From: an uncultured virus (IMG/VR IMGVR_UViG_3300035429_000176)
Taxonomy: Duplodnaviria > Heunggongvirae > Uroviricota > Caudoviricetes
Direction: 5' to 3' (one strand)
Virus record (IMG/VR): IMGVR_UViG_3300035429_000176
Length of the DNA stretch: 64,000 nt
Notes under the pieces: model-generated
Told to the model about the DNA's origin: nothing
The model's input: only the letters and a program-made list of their open reading frames with translations
The model's database searches: none
Part shown: piece by piece, positions 12,201-19,407 of the stretch
How the letters are laid out: every line of letters starts with the position of its first letter
Numbering within the stretch: the stretch's first letter is position 1
Made by a program: the position numbers and the translations under genes

Positions 12201-15200
12201 TCGAGAGTATGAAGGTGACGCAAATCATTCCCCGCCTAAAAGAACATTTTGTACGCGGACGGAAAGCGGTGATATTTCATCGTCGTGTGGAGAGCAAGAA
12301 CCCGCTTGTTCCACCATTCAAAACCATATTCGATGTGGCTGTACAATCGTTGAAGGAAGAATATGATGCCACGAAAAAAGCAGAGAACAAGAAGGAGATT
12401 GCAAGGCTTCGCAGGAAATATTCCGGTATGCTGGAATGGGAGCAAACACTTGACCTCCGTATGCCGAGAGAACAGTTGGCAGATGCTTTCGGGAAAAACA
12501 ATGTGCTTTTCTTCAGTGGCAAGGAGAGTAAGAAGATAAAGGACAAAGCCGTAGAAGACTTCAACAATGATGCATCCGGCAAAAACGTCATCGTGATACA
12601 GGAAGATAGCGGAAAGGAAGGTATCAGTCTGCATGACACCACCGGAGAGCATCAGCGAGTGCTGGTGACATTGGCCTTACCACAAAGCCCGATTACTGCT
12701 TTGCAGATAGAAGGGCGTATTTATCGTATCGGTAACAAGAGCAACGCTATCTTTGAATATCCCTTGTTGGGATTGAACACGGAACTTATGCTGTTCGGGC
12801 AGAAATTCAATCAGCAGGTGAGCACGACAGAGAACCTTGCATTAGGATCGCAGGCGCGTAACCTGCGTGAGAGTTTCGCCCGCGGTGTGGAAGAACACAG
12901 CGGAAATGTGGATATCGACAACCAAGGTGTGGGCGGTAAGGAGTTTGACACTCCGAGCCATACGGAGACGGACGCTTTTGACAGTGCTGTGCTGGATTAT
13001 TACACCAACCAGAAACTTTCGGGTAAAAGAGACAGTCGCGAAGGAACGGATTATTATCCTACACCCGAACCTTTGGGCTTCATGATGAACCAATGGGGAC
13101 GTATTGGCGATGGCGAAAGTGTGCTTGAACCGAGCGCAGGTCATGGAGCGATAGCCAGATATGTGCCAAGAGAAAACCCGTTGACCGCTGTAGAACCCTC
13201 TCAAAGTTTGTTTAGTAAACTACAGATAAAAGCCGGAGGAAACGGGCGGAAATTCGAGAATACTATCTTTGAGGATTACAACGTGGTGAACAAGCACGAT
13301 GTAGTATTGATGAACCCACCTTTCGGAGCAGGTGGCAGGCTTGCCGTGGACCATGTGGCGAAAGCTTTCCAACACTTGGAAGAGGGCGGACGTATCGTTG
13401 CCATCATTCCGAGAGGCTCGACAGACAAAAAGTTCGACAAATGGTATGAAGAACAGAAGAGTGTGGTGCTAACCGCTGAAATCGGCTTGCCCGATATTAC
13501 GTTTGAACGTGCCGGTACGAGCGTAAACTGTCGCGTGGTGGTTATTGACAAGGTGACGAATGAAATCTTACGTCAGGATGCGGCATCCCGTGCTGTACAT
13601 ATGGATTTGAGCGGAGAACACTATGAGAAGATAGAGGACTTCTTCGAGGAGATACGGAACATTGACGTGCCGGAACGCACGATAGACCATAAAGCGAAAC
13701 TGAAGAAGAAAGCTGCACCGACGGCACGTGAATTACGTACTGTCAAGGGTATTAATTACGTAAGCTTGACGGAGGACAGTATCAGTGTTTCAGGGCGCGG
13801 TGTCTGGGGTGGTTTGGAATGGAAGGACAAGACGGGAAAGGCACTGATCAATTATCTTGCAGACCAATACAGAAGATTCAAGAGCAACTATGATTACGCT
13901 GTTCGAGATAGAAGAGAGACGCAGGAGGCTGCATACGGTGAGATGAAAGAGCTTGCATGCAAACTTGCCGGAATGACAGAGGATGAGATGCAACGGTATA
14001 TTGACAAGAAATCCGGGGATGATATGCTATATAGAAGCGATGAGTTAATAGAGTCTATCAACGAACAGTTCAACGAAGAATTACAGCAGCAAATTGACGG
14101 TACGTTACCCAAAGGACATATCTATCAGTTAGGTAATCCCGGTAATGTGTTATTAGGTACCGGTGTGCCGAATCTCCCGATACAGCTTAATTCGACAAGG
14201 CTGATAGACAAGGCTACCCGATTCGGTCACAACTATGGACTTGAAGAAATCAAGGATTTGGTAGTTGCTCTTCAAAGCCCAATAGCTGTATTTGCCTATG
14301 GTGACAAGTCGAAAGGACAAAATATTATTGTTGAGTTATCAAGCAACGATAAAAATTTTGTTGTGGGTATGTCATTGAACCCGACTGTTGGAGGAAAGAC
14401 TTTGGAAATAAACAGCATCAGGAATGTATTTCCTAAAGATAATGCCGAATGGTTGAATTGGATAACCCAAGAAAAGTTGTTGTATGTGGATAAAGAAAGA
14501 ATCCAAAACCTAATAGACCAACAGCGAACGATTCTCGCTGACGTGGACTACTTGGATTTGGATTCTGTTACAAAGATAGTGGAAAGTTTTGAGAATCCAA
14601 GTGTTGAAAGGGAAAATCTGCGTGAAGGTGAAGGGGTATATACCGATGAGAGATTGAGCTATGAGAATGATCCGGTGGCAAAACTGCTCGGTCAGTCAAG
14701 GAGAACGGCAAAGCAACGGAGGGAATTTGCACAGCGTGAACGCCAAAGAATGGCAGAGCGTGTGGAAAGCCTTGCAGAGAAGTTGCACCTTGGTAATGTG
14801 GAGGTTGTTACCGATGCTTCCGTCTTGGAGGGAAAGAAACAGCGTGCAAAAGGTTTCTACTCAAAGAGTACAGGGAAGATAACCATTGTCATTCCGAATC
14901 ATACAAGTACGTTCGATGTTGAGCAGACACTGCTGCATGAGGCTGTTGCACATTACGGTTTGCGGCAATTATTCGGAGAACATTTTGACACATTCCTTGA
15001 TAATGTATTCAATAATGCCGATGAGACCATACGCAAACGCATTGTAGATATGGCTGCAAAAAACGGTTGGGATTTCCGTAAGGCTACCGAAGAATATCTT
15101 GCTTCGCTTGCCGAAAAAACAGAATTTGAAAATATCAATGCAAGCTGGTGGCGTCAGATTAAGGATTTCTTCCTGAATATGCTCCATAAGATTGGCTTTG

Positions 15201-18200
15201 AAGATTTCAGAGGGGTTACCCTGACTGACAACGAACTCCGCTATATCCTGTGGCGCAGTTATGAGAACCTTGCAGAACCAGGCAGATATCGCAGCATATT
15301 GGGAGAAGCTGCCGATATGAGTAAACAATATGAGCTGAAAGTTGGTAACTATGCTGAAATTTCAGAAAGTCAATCAACTGTAGCTGAAACCGATAATAAC
15401 TTGTATCGTGATGGAGACCCAGAGATACACGAGCGTACTTTGGCACGAGCAAAATATGAACAACGTGTGAAGAGTGGAATGTACCAGTCACAGGAAGCCT
15501 TGCAGGACGGTATGCTTGGTTTGAAAGAAGCAATGAATGCAATTCTCGGCAAGAATACCCGAATGGAAGATGTTGATGGATTTGAAAATGCTTACTTAGG
15601 TGAGAACCGCTTGTCAAGTGTGAACAAAGCCGAAGCCGATGCCTTTGCGCACCTATTGTTCAAGCCAATGCTTGAAGAGATAGCTAGACTTGCACACAGT
15701 GCAGCAGAGCGCGAAGAACTGACCGATTATATGATGGCTAAACACGGTCTTGAACGCAATAGAGTAATGGCAGAGCGTGATGCACAAAAGGACTTTGCAG
15801 AATACCAGAAGCAGCATCCGAAGGGTACAAAGGCTTTGCAGGACTTTATCGACGAGTGTCGCAAGCGTGATTATGCAGGTCTTACCGCCCTTGCAGGTAT
15901 GGAAGAGATTGTAGATGCAGAAGCCGAAGCACAGGCTATGGTAGATGAGTATGAGAACGCACACGATACCACCGCATTGTGGAGTAAGGTTAATGCCGTC
16001 AGCAAGGCAATCCTTTCCAAGTCCTACGAATGTGGAATGATGAGCAAGGAAACCTATGACAGTGTGAGAGATATGTATGAGTTTTATATCCCTTTGCGTG
16101 GATTTGATGAAAAAACGAGTGCTGAAACTTACGCTTACCTTACGCATAAGCAGAGTATATTCAATGCACCTATCAAGAAAGCGGAGGGAAGACGCTCTAA
16201 AGCGGACGATCCTTTTGCCAACCTGCAATCCATGGCCGAGAGTGCCATTATGCAGGGAAACCGCAACAAACTCGTGAAGCAGAAGTTCTTGAACTTTGCC
16301 CTCAACCATCCGAGCGACCTTGTTAGTGTGAGTGATTTGTGGTTGCAGTACGATGCAGTTTCCGATGAATGGAAACCGATATTCCCCGACAATATTGACA
16401 TCAACGATAGTCCCGAAGAGGTAGAGCGAAAGTTGAACGAGTTTGAGGATAAGATGAAGCAGCTTGCTGAATCTGCCCCCGATAACTACAAGCACGGCAA
16501 AGATGCGGCAAATATTCCGTATCGTGTTGTTGAGAGCCGAGATTTGCGACAACATCAAGTGGTGGTGAAGCGAAACGGCAGGGACTATGTGATTACCATC
16601 AACGGTAATCCGAGAGCTGCACAGGCATTGAACGGACAGACGAACCCGGATAATGACATCAGCGGAAGTATCGGTCAGCTTGTACATCTTATTGGAGATG
16701 TGAACAGAACACTGTCCTCACTGTACACCACATTACAGCCGGACTTCATTGCAAGTAACTTCTTGCGTGATATGTTATATTCCAATTCTATGGTGTGGGT
16801 TAAGGAAAGTCCGAAATATGCCATGCAATATAACAGGAACTTTGCGAAGTTGCCTATTGCAAGAATGGTTGTGTTATTGGATAAATACCGCAGGAGAACG
16901 CTTGATATGAACGATGAAACAGAGAAAATTTTTTATCAGTTCATGATGAACGGTGGCGAGACAGGATTTTCGAGAATGGCAGACATTGACGAGCATAAGA
17001 AAGAAATCAAGAAGATGCTGAAAGCGGCGAATGAAAAAATTCCTGCCCATGTGGTACGTGAATGTATGGCTACCTGGATAGGCGAAGTGGGACGAGGTAT
17101 AGAGATGCGTGCCCGATTTGCCGCCTTTGTAACAAGCAGGAATGCGGGCCGGACAATAGACCGCAGTATTTGGGATGCCAAGGAAATCAGTGTGAACTTC
17201 AACAAGAAAGGCGCAGGTGATAAGTTCTTGGGGGCTGAAGGACAAACCATGTTGGGAAATGTAGCAGCCGGTGTATCGGGTGCAGGACGAGCCGGATATA
17301 TCTTTTGGAATGCCGCCCTGCAAGGAACGTTCGGAAACTTCTTGAAGTATGCGATGAGGCATCCCGGTAAAATGGGTACTGTCGTTGCATCATGGTATGG
17401 TTTAGCCATGCTTGTTACCGCACTTGCTTCGGCTGGAGGTGATGATGACGATGACAGCTACTATGACATACCCGAGCATACTCGCAGACAGAACCTCATT
17501 GTCAAAGGACCTGGTAACGCATGGATAAAGATTCCTTTGCCTATCGAGTACCGAGCCGTGTATGCGATGGGAGAACTTACCGGTTCTTCCCTGTTCCATA
17601 ACGAGAAATTGGAAGTTAGTGATGTATTGGCACAGATGAGCAAGTTGCTTCCTGTAGATATGATGGAGGGGGCAAAAGCGTTGTGGCCAAGCAGCGTCAA
17701 GCCGATGGTGGAAGTATCGAATAACGAGAGTTGGTACGGTAGTCCGATATGGAAAGATACACCCTACAATAAATATATGCCGAATTGGACGAAAGCCTAT
17801 AAGAGTGCGAATAAAGACCTTGTAAACCTTTCTGAAACACTGAACGAAGTCAGTGGAGGAAGCAAATATAGGAAAGGTACTATTGACTTGAATCCTGCTG
17901 CCATTGAGTATCTATTGAAACAATACACCGGCGGCTTCTTCACTGTAACCAACCAAATTCGTAATTTGATCAATGTGGGAACAGGTGAAAAAGATTTTGA
18001 TTGGCGTTATGTTCCGCTTGCCAACCGAATGTTGATGAGCGGTGGCGATGAACGTAATGTAGGTAGGGGGCTGGATGAGAAGTTCTTTGGTTATTTGGAT
18101 GCATACCGTGCAAAGGCGAGTGAATTCAGCGCCATTAAAGGTGATTTGAGTTTACCGTTGGAGAAGAAAGCAGAACTGATAAGCGAGATTATCATTGATT

Positions 18201-18370
18201 CTGAATATGTAAAAATGAAAGGGATGGAACGTATTTACTCAAAACTAAAGAAAGCTTATGATACTGCTAAGGAAATCGGAGATACCTCAAAAGCAGAAGA
18301 ACTTGAAAAGAGGATTAATGAGTTAAAGCGGAAATTCATTTTAGAGATGGAGCAAGACGAACGTAAATAG
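3272..18370 (+). CDS. Giant polyvalent (DarB-like) virion protein, 5032 aa: ParB-like, inorganic pyrophosphatase-like, SF2 helicase, N6-adenine MTase, zincin-like peptidase and LPD38-like C-terminus
   Basis: LQPSH...GAPTV...GNNR (~7290-7500); QKEAGNYKKGH...YGYIRGTEGVDGDHIDVF (~8940-9135); NGTGTGKT (~11072), DESH (~11366), SATP (~11783), QIEGRIYR (~12703); YYPTP, VLEPSAGHG and NPPF (~13050-13325); HEAVAH (~14936). Confidence 0.88.
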   Translation: MTDDKLKNLYSVLKKDGYDDIGTEEQFRDAMKDKGKANQLFSVLKNDGYDDIGNDENAFYDALNPVVSESETLQPVVQTEQQSVSQQAATEQPWEPTEAEKNVIQEDLNRMARRTLQMTDAFNERVDNIQEYGLNPGLQTKEGKMQFNPVNGKIEKNYITPAGNKYTNKVLADMESFRYRQAADMSVSGQLRKANQRLSNIEERLEARGRELLEKHERNKPGGFTGFLQEMANTQAGDRMGGRTAENPEDYTELQGDSEYQSLRLAARKAREEIQQLQNTKDKEQHGERFWHDFLRNTWQSVADVDAWDFGVNKLRDARTMLDIAGKSEAGAELNEAETDALYEMYLHNNIMEQFGDLGRGARWGDIAGGSLSFMKDFLLTGGFSGVGTKLPTTLSTKIATKAATRVGVDAAESLGVKVAKEGLFSTVRQGGKKVVSRLLAEQGVGGVSGILATKALGVTAEDLLIRAPLMATTIQGQTTAAKIIDSKLGPVIADPETGILQFSDDKSWGEVAWQTGADQVIENFSEMWGAHLPGMADVTKTFGARNLTAALLRATRPGAETIMSKTTEFLGRAGVNGYFGEVGEEYYGQLWRTMLNLDSAYGMDKEGNKVNNLMTSEFHGDIWGGMALSIGLTGGGTMALNYAGKGMGKAYDGTKYTRYKHEINKADARAAEMFTPEVWEGMRTIIDSSDNSDMGNIAAQVIADTEMTDAQRSAAMDYMEKSMIMRGNNLREYVNRRNGDIPTHEEDEINQSYINGYNATGSQEMNDAKNMYDYQRERMKLELGVNDEALEGDAVDWLHEARNARDAGTEQGWKRADIIMDYVNAKQVYNGMIQRVRDDIDGRVEQSNSMIDARVNRKTGMIQGATMKQDERKVYVLSGTLVPYADGSGVSVTDSDNSIIVRDADTGGLEQVSPDAILSIDDVQDPYEQKELVAQSIREQFAREAADKIDGVVTFNPGETYTIVGEGGSQIQVTIVSDENGIIDNGDGTINVTDGTNVFPIAKEAIQQFVDASNIARIAEFEQQRAEENFALQQEEQEADRPQYAMNDLVTLRDENGIGIRGNITADVDADGLYEVYTEDALNGKRVNMFTREELDSMLIEHNGQPVEIANSSVNDNSEVAASSLEEQQLQVSALERIPKDEQGNPIYEQAETPDLAWDAIVEQTEGDEAMAQSVANGMVVDKEAALKKIEKTKSAGGNTIAEKIVAEKERKAAIDAAKQELSIWQKIAGTANRRKMEADAERRRIADEAAALRKAEEEKLRAEREEAERKEREALNGVPDIVEDVPKDARARGYRRVNGHKVDRQEPLQTVQGKEVNVKFSNDVVVPGNVTVIDASLLQPSHIQGVRNSLHFIDEAQPKERNDEASVLSARKIAENIRPEEITSSITAYTGAPTVNERGEVIQGNNRSDALRLMWESHSEQAEAYRQYLKDHAEEFGLRAEDIAPIQSPVLVNMLHVDDTEALNLGQFVAQDTESGGVERIKPKNTLQRMGTEMRSFANLLLRTSDDEMSFAGLVDANGANVLKWMSQRGFISHTQYKSAFDSKGNLTPESKNDLRGIMYQSIFKDGSTRLEEMFNVLPVKAQKAILATAFRDYDSPNSERMVDEIQNSVRAYYALSQDKMFAEAKNFKEARIAVENWKRQYQMDDVTGESYLPADNFSNFVLHLAAMYKGESQSFIQNTFGKIYDLIQGTQEETLFEQPDNTPRTLVQAIKEALNLDYNGQQRSNVLVGDTATSQRGQQGSNGALTPRERVEDGNGTTDDTGRTESIGEQSEIEPSLSQEEMLSSDDTDNQLSAKIARRIEVQEDDWVESGKYGDTYKQTIIVDGTHKVIKVDTPDTKGNYTGSTYEYDGQTFGDLLDVANYIDASSSLANAVAVAEKETDTTPTEKQKEAGNYKKGHVQVGTFNITIENPKGSVRSGIDTEGNKWETTMQNTYGYIRGTEGVDGDHIDVFLSDDIDGWNGRKVFVVDQYNEDGSFDEHKVMLGFNETDDAEAAYFANYDSDWAKNHKTVVTAVNLEDFEKWIDCSHRKTKPFAEYKSVKTVEGQNALQKNTQDNVPYTIAPVQYTTKRGKVLDMQIVKFGMELSKDEFRSANAFAKSLKGWYDAKQRGFLMRSEDDAKQLVDAVIPKEDAALSVTQSEDSENAVENTPQAGEDIFQMAERIAKEEEEKRRASKENARKAEEAGKEPVSLEHWKRMDGDARMAEAGKRPLTREEIESASTDEVLKANALDYLDGNQGMIQSISYLKVYEDVRYSNRTAAADSGATDSAQLDTPALGNEQRVDVRDRGQSGNSNARLDRETGEEGVPAEGGPLHADPSDARSDATGNGNGGSETLPVRESVLQPGDSRGDVHSGSSVRSGEGRDVGGRTGRKSSTTSRKNSKWGVQADTARNAKNDRGLDLNDPLDKELADTLKEFDSVLDEFNRAGREELSMSLVGMNSRQMEVLPRLVSAGAKVGYAYIKKGAHNFAEWAKRMREALGGKLKDAGLGENEIDAFIKEMWKSKLPMDGEVHTVEEWAGIIGKVELRKKVSESLEEKRKAQRAAEPIPVKTCDRENIVETLPFLLPQQQDDVLKAETQFFDESHDDRDHAFGKGYMFTNGTGTGKTYTGLGIVKRFIKQGKGRILILTPSQTKVKDWIEDAANLDIELNDLDKTAKARKDGTTAITEKGEGAVITTYANFRQNKALLEDLFDLIVYDESHRLLENKGGVGTTGSMQHYKLSNRNEQFAFLRLQDINPTWNELNAKNEEFSTQRDAIIKRIEKESGTTNELTLGQRGELPPVFNGNWTQGMELKFPELAKLRNECLSLDAKYAKEVKPELERQAKENVKHTKVVFLSATPFNTRENLDYVEGYIFSYPEKEKQDGYSTQSPRSQFYLEHFGAGYKWRYHRLESSGSNPEAVSKQEVEFSNYLQHTLQTMSGRIIDSPFDYSRNFPTVTLDKAEEFNNAMEELSRNKATSYAYHEVMGNYNYTSALFESMKVTQIIPRLKEHFVRGRKAVIFHRRVESKNPLVPPFKTIFDVAVQSLKEEYDATKKAENKKEIARLRRKYSGMLEWEQTLDLRMPREQLADAFGKNNVLFFSGKESKKIKDKAVEDFNNDASGKNVIVIQEDSGKEGISLHDTTGEHQRVLVTLALPQSPITALQIEGRIYRIGNKSNAIFEYPLLGLNTELMLFGQKFNQQVSTTENLALGSQARNLRESFARGVEEHSGNVDIDNQGVGGKEFDTPSHTETDAFDSAVLDYYTNQKLSGKRDSREGTDYYPTPEPLGFMMNQWGRIGDGESVLEPSAGHGAIARYVPRENPLTAVEPSQSLFSKLQIKAGGNGRKFENTIFEDYNVVNKHDVVLMNPPFGAGGRLAVDHVAKAFQHLEEGGRIVAIIPRGSTDKKFDKWYEEQKSVVLTAEIGLPDITFERAGTSVNCRVVVIDKVTNEILRQDAASRAVHMDLSGEHYEKIEDFFEEIRNIDVPERTIDHKAKLKKKAAPTARELRTVKGINYVSLTEDSISVSGRGVWGGLEWKDKTGKALINYLADQYRRFKSNYDYAVRDRRETQEAAYGEMKELACKLAGMTEDEMQRYIDKKSGDDMLYRSDELIESINEQFNEELQQQIDGTLPKGHIYQLGNPGNVLLGTGVPNLPIQLNSTRLIDKATRFGHNYGLEEIKDLVVALQSPIAVFAYGDKSKGQNIIVELSSNDKNFVVGMSLNPTVGGKTLEINSIRNVFPKDNAEWLNWITQEKLLYVDKERIQNLIDQQRTILADVDYLDLDSVTKIVESFENPSVERENLREGEGVYTDERLSYENDPVAKLLGQSRRTAKQRREFAQRERQRMAERVESLAEKLHLGNVEVVTDASVLEGKKQRAKGFYSKSTGKITIVIPNHTSTFDVEQTLLHEAVAHYGLRQLFGEHFDTFLDNVFNNADETIRKRIVDMAAKNGWDFRKATEEYLASLAEKTEFENINASWWRQIKDFFLNMLHKIGFEDFRGVTLTDNELRYILWRSYENLAEPGRYRSILGEAADMSKQYELKVGNYAEISESQSTVAETDNNLYRDGDPEIHERTLARAKYEQRVKSGMYQSQEALQDGMLGLKEAMNAILGKNTRMEDVDGFENAYLGENRLSSVNKAEADAFAHLLFKPMLEEIARLAHSAAEREELTDYMMAKHGLERNRVMAERDAQKDFAEYQKQHPKGTKALQDFIDECRKRDYAGLTALAGMEEIVDAEAEAQAMVDEYENAHDTTALWSKVNAVSKAILSKSYECGMMSKETYDSVRDMYEFYIPLRGFDEKTSAETYAYLTHKQSIFNAPIKKAEGRRSKADDPFANLQSMAESAIMQGNRNKLVKQKFLNFALNHPSDLVSVSDLWLQYDAVSDEWKPIFPDNIDINDSPEEVERKLNEFEDKMKQLAESAPDNYKHGKDAANIPYRVVESRDLRQHQVVVKRNGRDYVITINGNPRAAQALNGQTNPDNDISGSIGQLVHLIGDVNRTLSSLYTTLQPDFIASNFLRDMLYSNSMVWVKESPKYAMQYNRNFAKLPIARMVVLLDKYRRRTLDMNDETEKIFYQFMMNGGETGFSRMADIDEHKKEIKKMLKAANEKIPAHVVRECMATWIGEVGRGIEMRARFAAFVTSRNAGRTIDRSIWDAKEISVNFNKKGAGDKFLGAEGQTMLGNVAAGVSGAGRAGYIFWNAALQGTFGNFLKYAMRHPGKMGTVVASWYGLAMLVTALASAGGDDDDDSYYDIPEHTRRQNLIVKGPGNAWIKIPLPIEYRAVYAMGELTGSSLFHNEKLEVSDVLAQMSKLLPVDMMEGAKALWPSSVKPMVEVSNNESWYGSPIWKDTPYNKYMPNWTKAYKSANKDLVNLSETLNEVSGGSKYRKGTIDLNPAAIEYLLKQYTGGFFTVTNQIRNLINVGTGEKDFDWRYVPLANRMLMSGGDERNVGRGLDEKFFGYLDAYRAKASEFSAIKGDLSLPLEKKAELISEIIIDSEYVKMKGMERIYSKLKKAYDTAKEIGDTSKAEELEKRINELKRKFILEMEQDERK

Positions 18371-18424
18371 TTAAACCTAAAATGATTGCTTGGGGTACTA
18401 CTTTTGTACTCTAAGCAATCATTA
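18362..18424 (+). repeat. ~63-bp direct repeat (left copy) containing promoter motif copy 4 (18362-18406) and a hairpin
   Basis: Near-identical to 19333-19395. Stem GATTGCTTGGGGTAC / GTACTCTAAGCAATC with TACTTTT in the loop. Confidence 0.9.
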
Positions 18425-18440
18425 TTATTTAAACAGGCTC

Positions 18441-18818
18441 TTATTCTGTTCGTTTTTCAATATCCTTTATAAGGCTTTCTATGTCAAGTGTTTCTTCTTC
18501 TACTTGGTATGCCTTGTATGTTTTAATGGCAACATATACAACGAATATTGTGCCTACAATTGAAGCCACGAAAATTACAGCTTTAACGTATTCGCTTGTA
18601 AACTCTGCTGTAATATATGCAATCCATAATGTCAAATCAATGCCAAAGAGTGATAGCAACTGACTTACTTTCTCTACTTTGTTTGCTTTGATTTTATATT
18701 TAAGTTCCCATTTCTTCTCCCAATCCTTCAGGATGTTTCTCAGAATGGACTCGGCTATGACGCAATGATGGGTTTCGGTGTTATTGAATTCAATAATCTT
18801 CGATTTCCTTCCAACCAT
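18441..18818 (-). CDS. Moron gene: two-transmembrane protein (125 aa)
   Basis: Two hydrophobic segments (LLSLFGIDLTLWIAYITA; AVIFVASIVGTIFVVYVAI); AT-rich; opposite strand to the structural operon. Confidence 0.75.
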   Translation of the reverse strand: MVGRKSKIIEFNNTETHHCVIAESILRNILKDWEKKWELKYKIKANKVEKVSQLLSLFGIDLTLWIAYITAEFTSEYVKAVIFVASIVGTIFVVYVAIKTYKAYQVEEETLDIESLIKDIEKRTE

Positions 18819-18821
18819 GTC

Positions 18822-19187
18822 TTACTTTTTTGTTATTCCAAATTCGATATTGATTTGTCGGTAATCCTCATCATCATATTGCTTATAAAGTTTATAGTCC
18901 ATAAAGAGCTTATAGTCGTTCTTATATGTACCAATCTCCATTGGTTCTGTCGGCATTACATTGGATGTGGAACCAGGATTCACTATTGTCACATTTGCCA
19001 TGTGTTCATTTATGAATTGCAATCTTGTGACGTTTTTTGCACCATCCTCCTGAAGAAGAGTCACATTGAATGTCATGTTTCCTTCTATAGGGTCTTCTAT
19101 TATAACTGATACTGTGGAGCCGAAACTTATATTCGCTCTTTCAGATTTAATGAGTTTAAAATGCGGGTCAGTATTAATCCTGCACAT
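18822..19187 (-). CDS. Moron gene: small beta-rich protein, possibly DUF6864-like (121 aa)
   Basis: Alternating hydrophobic beta pattern and a PTEPMEIGT..YKLF motif; 3-nt gap to the next gene; own TATCTTTG box at 19231-19238 (-). Confidence 0.7.
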   Translation of the reverse strand: MCRINTDPHFKLIKSERANISFGSTVSVIIEDPIEGNMTFNVTLLQEDGAKNVTRLQFINEHMANVTIVNPGSTSNVMPTEPMEIGTYKNDYKLFMDYKLYKQYDDEDYRQINIEFGITKK

Positions 19188-19230
19188 ATATATTTTTTTA
19201 AATAATTAAATGTTTAACGTTTAATCCTTG

Positions 19231-19260
19231 CAAAGATAGACAAAGTTATGATGTCATAAC
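19231..19260 (-). promoter_or_regulatory. Host-type promoter of the moron operon (tandem TATCTTTG and TAACTTTG boxes) with near-palindrome GTTATGATGTCATAAC
   Basis: CAAAGATA at 19231-38 and CAAAGTTA at 19241-48 on the + strand read as TAnnTTTG on the - strand. Confidence 0.6.
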
Positions 19261-19332
19261 GTTTTTGGGTTATAAAAGGTGCTGTCCTATTATGAAAATT
19301 AACATTTTTATATGCGCTTAAGCTACTTTATG

Positions 19333-19395
19333 CGTAAATAGTTAAACATGGAAAGATTGCTTAGGGTACTACTTTTGTACTCTAAGCAATCATTA
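19333..19395 (+). repeat. ~63-bp direct repeat (right copy) containing promoter motif copy 5 (19333-19377), upstream of portal
   Basis: CGTAAATAGTTAAAC-N22-TACTTTTG; near-identical to 18362-18424. Confidence 0.9.
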
Positions 19396-19407
19396 AACAA
19401 CGAAAAT

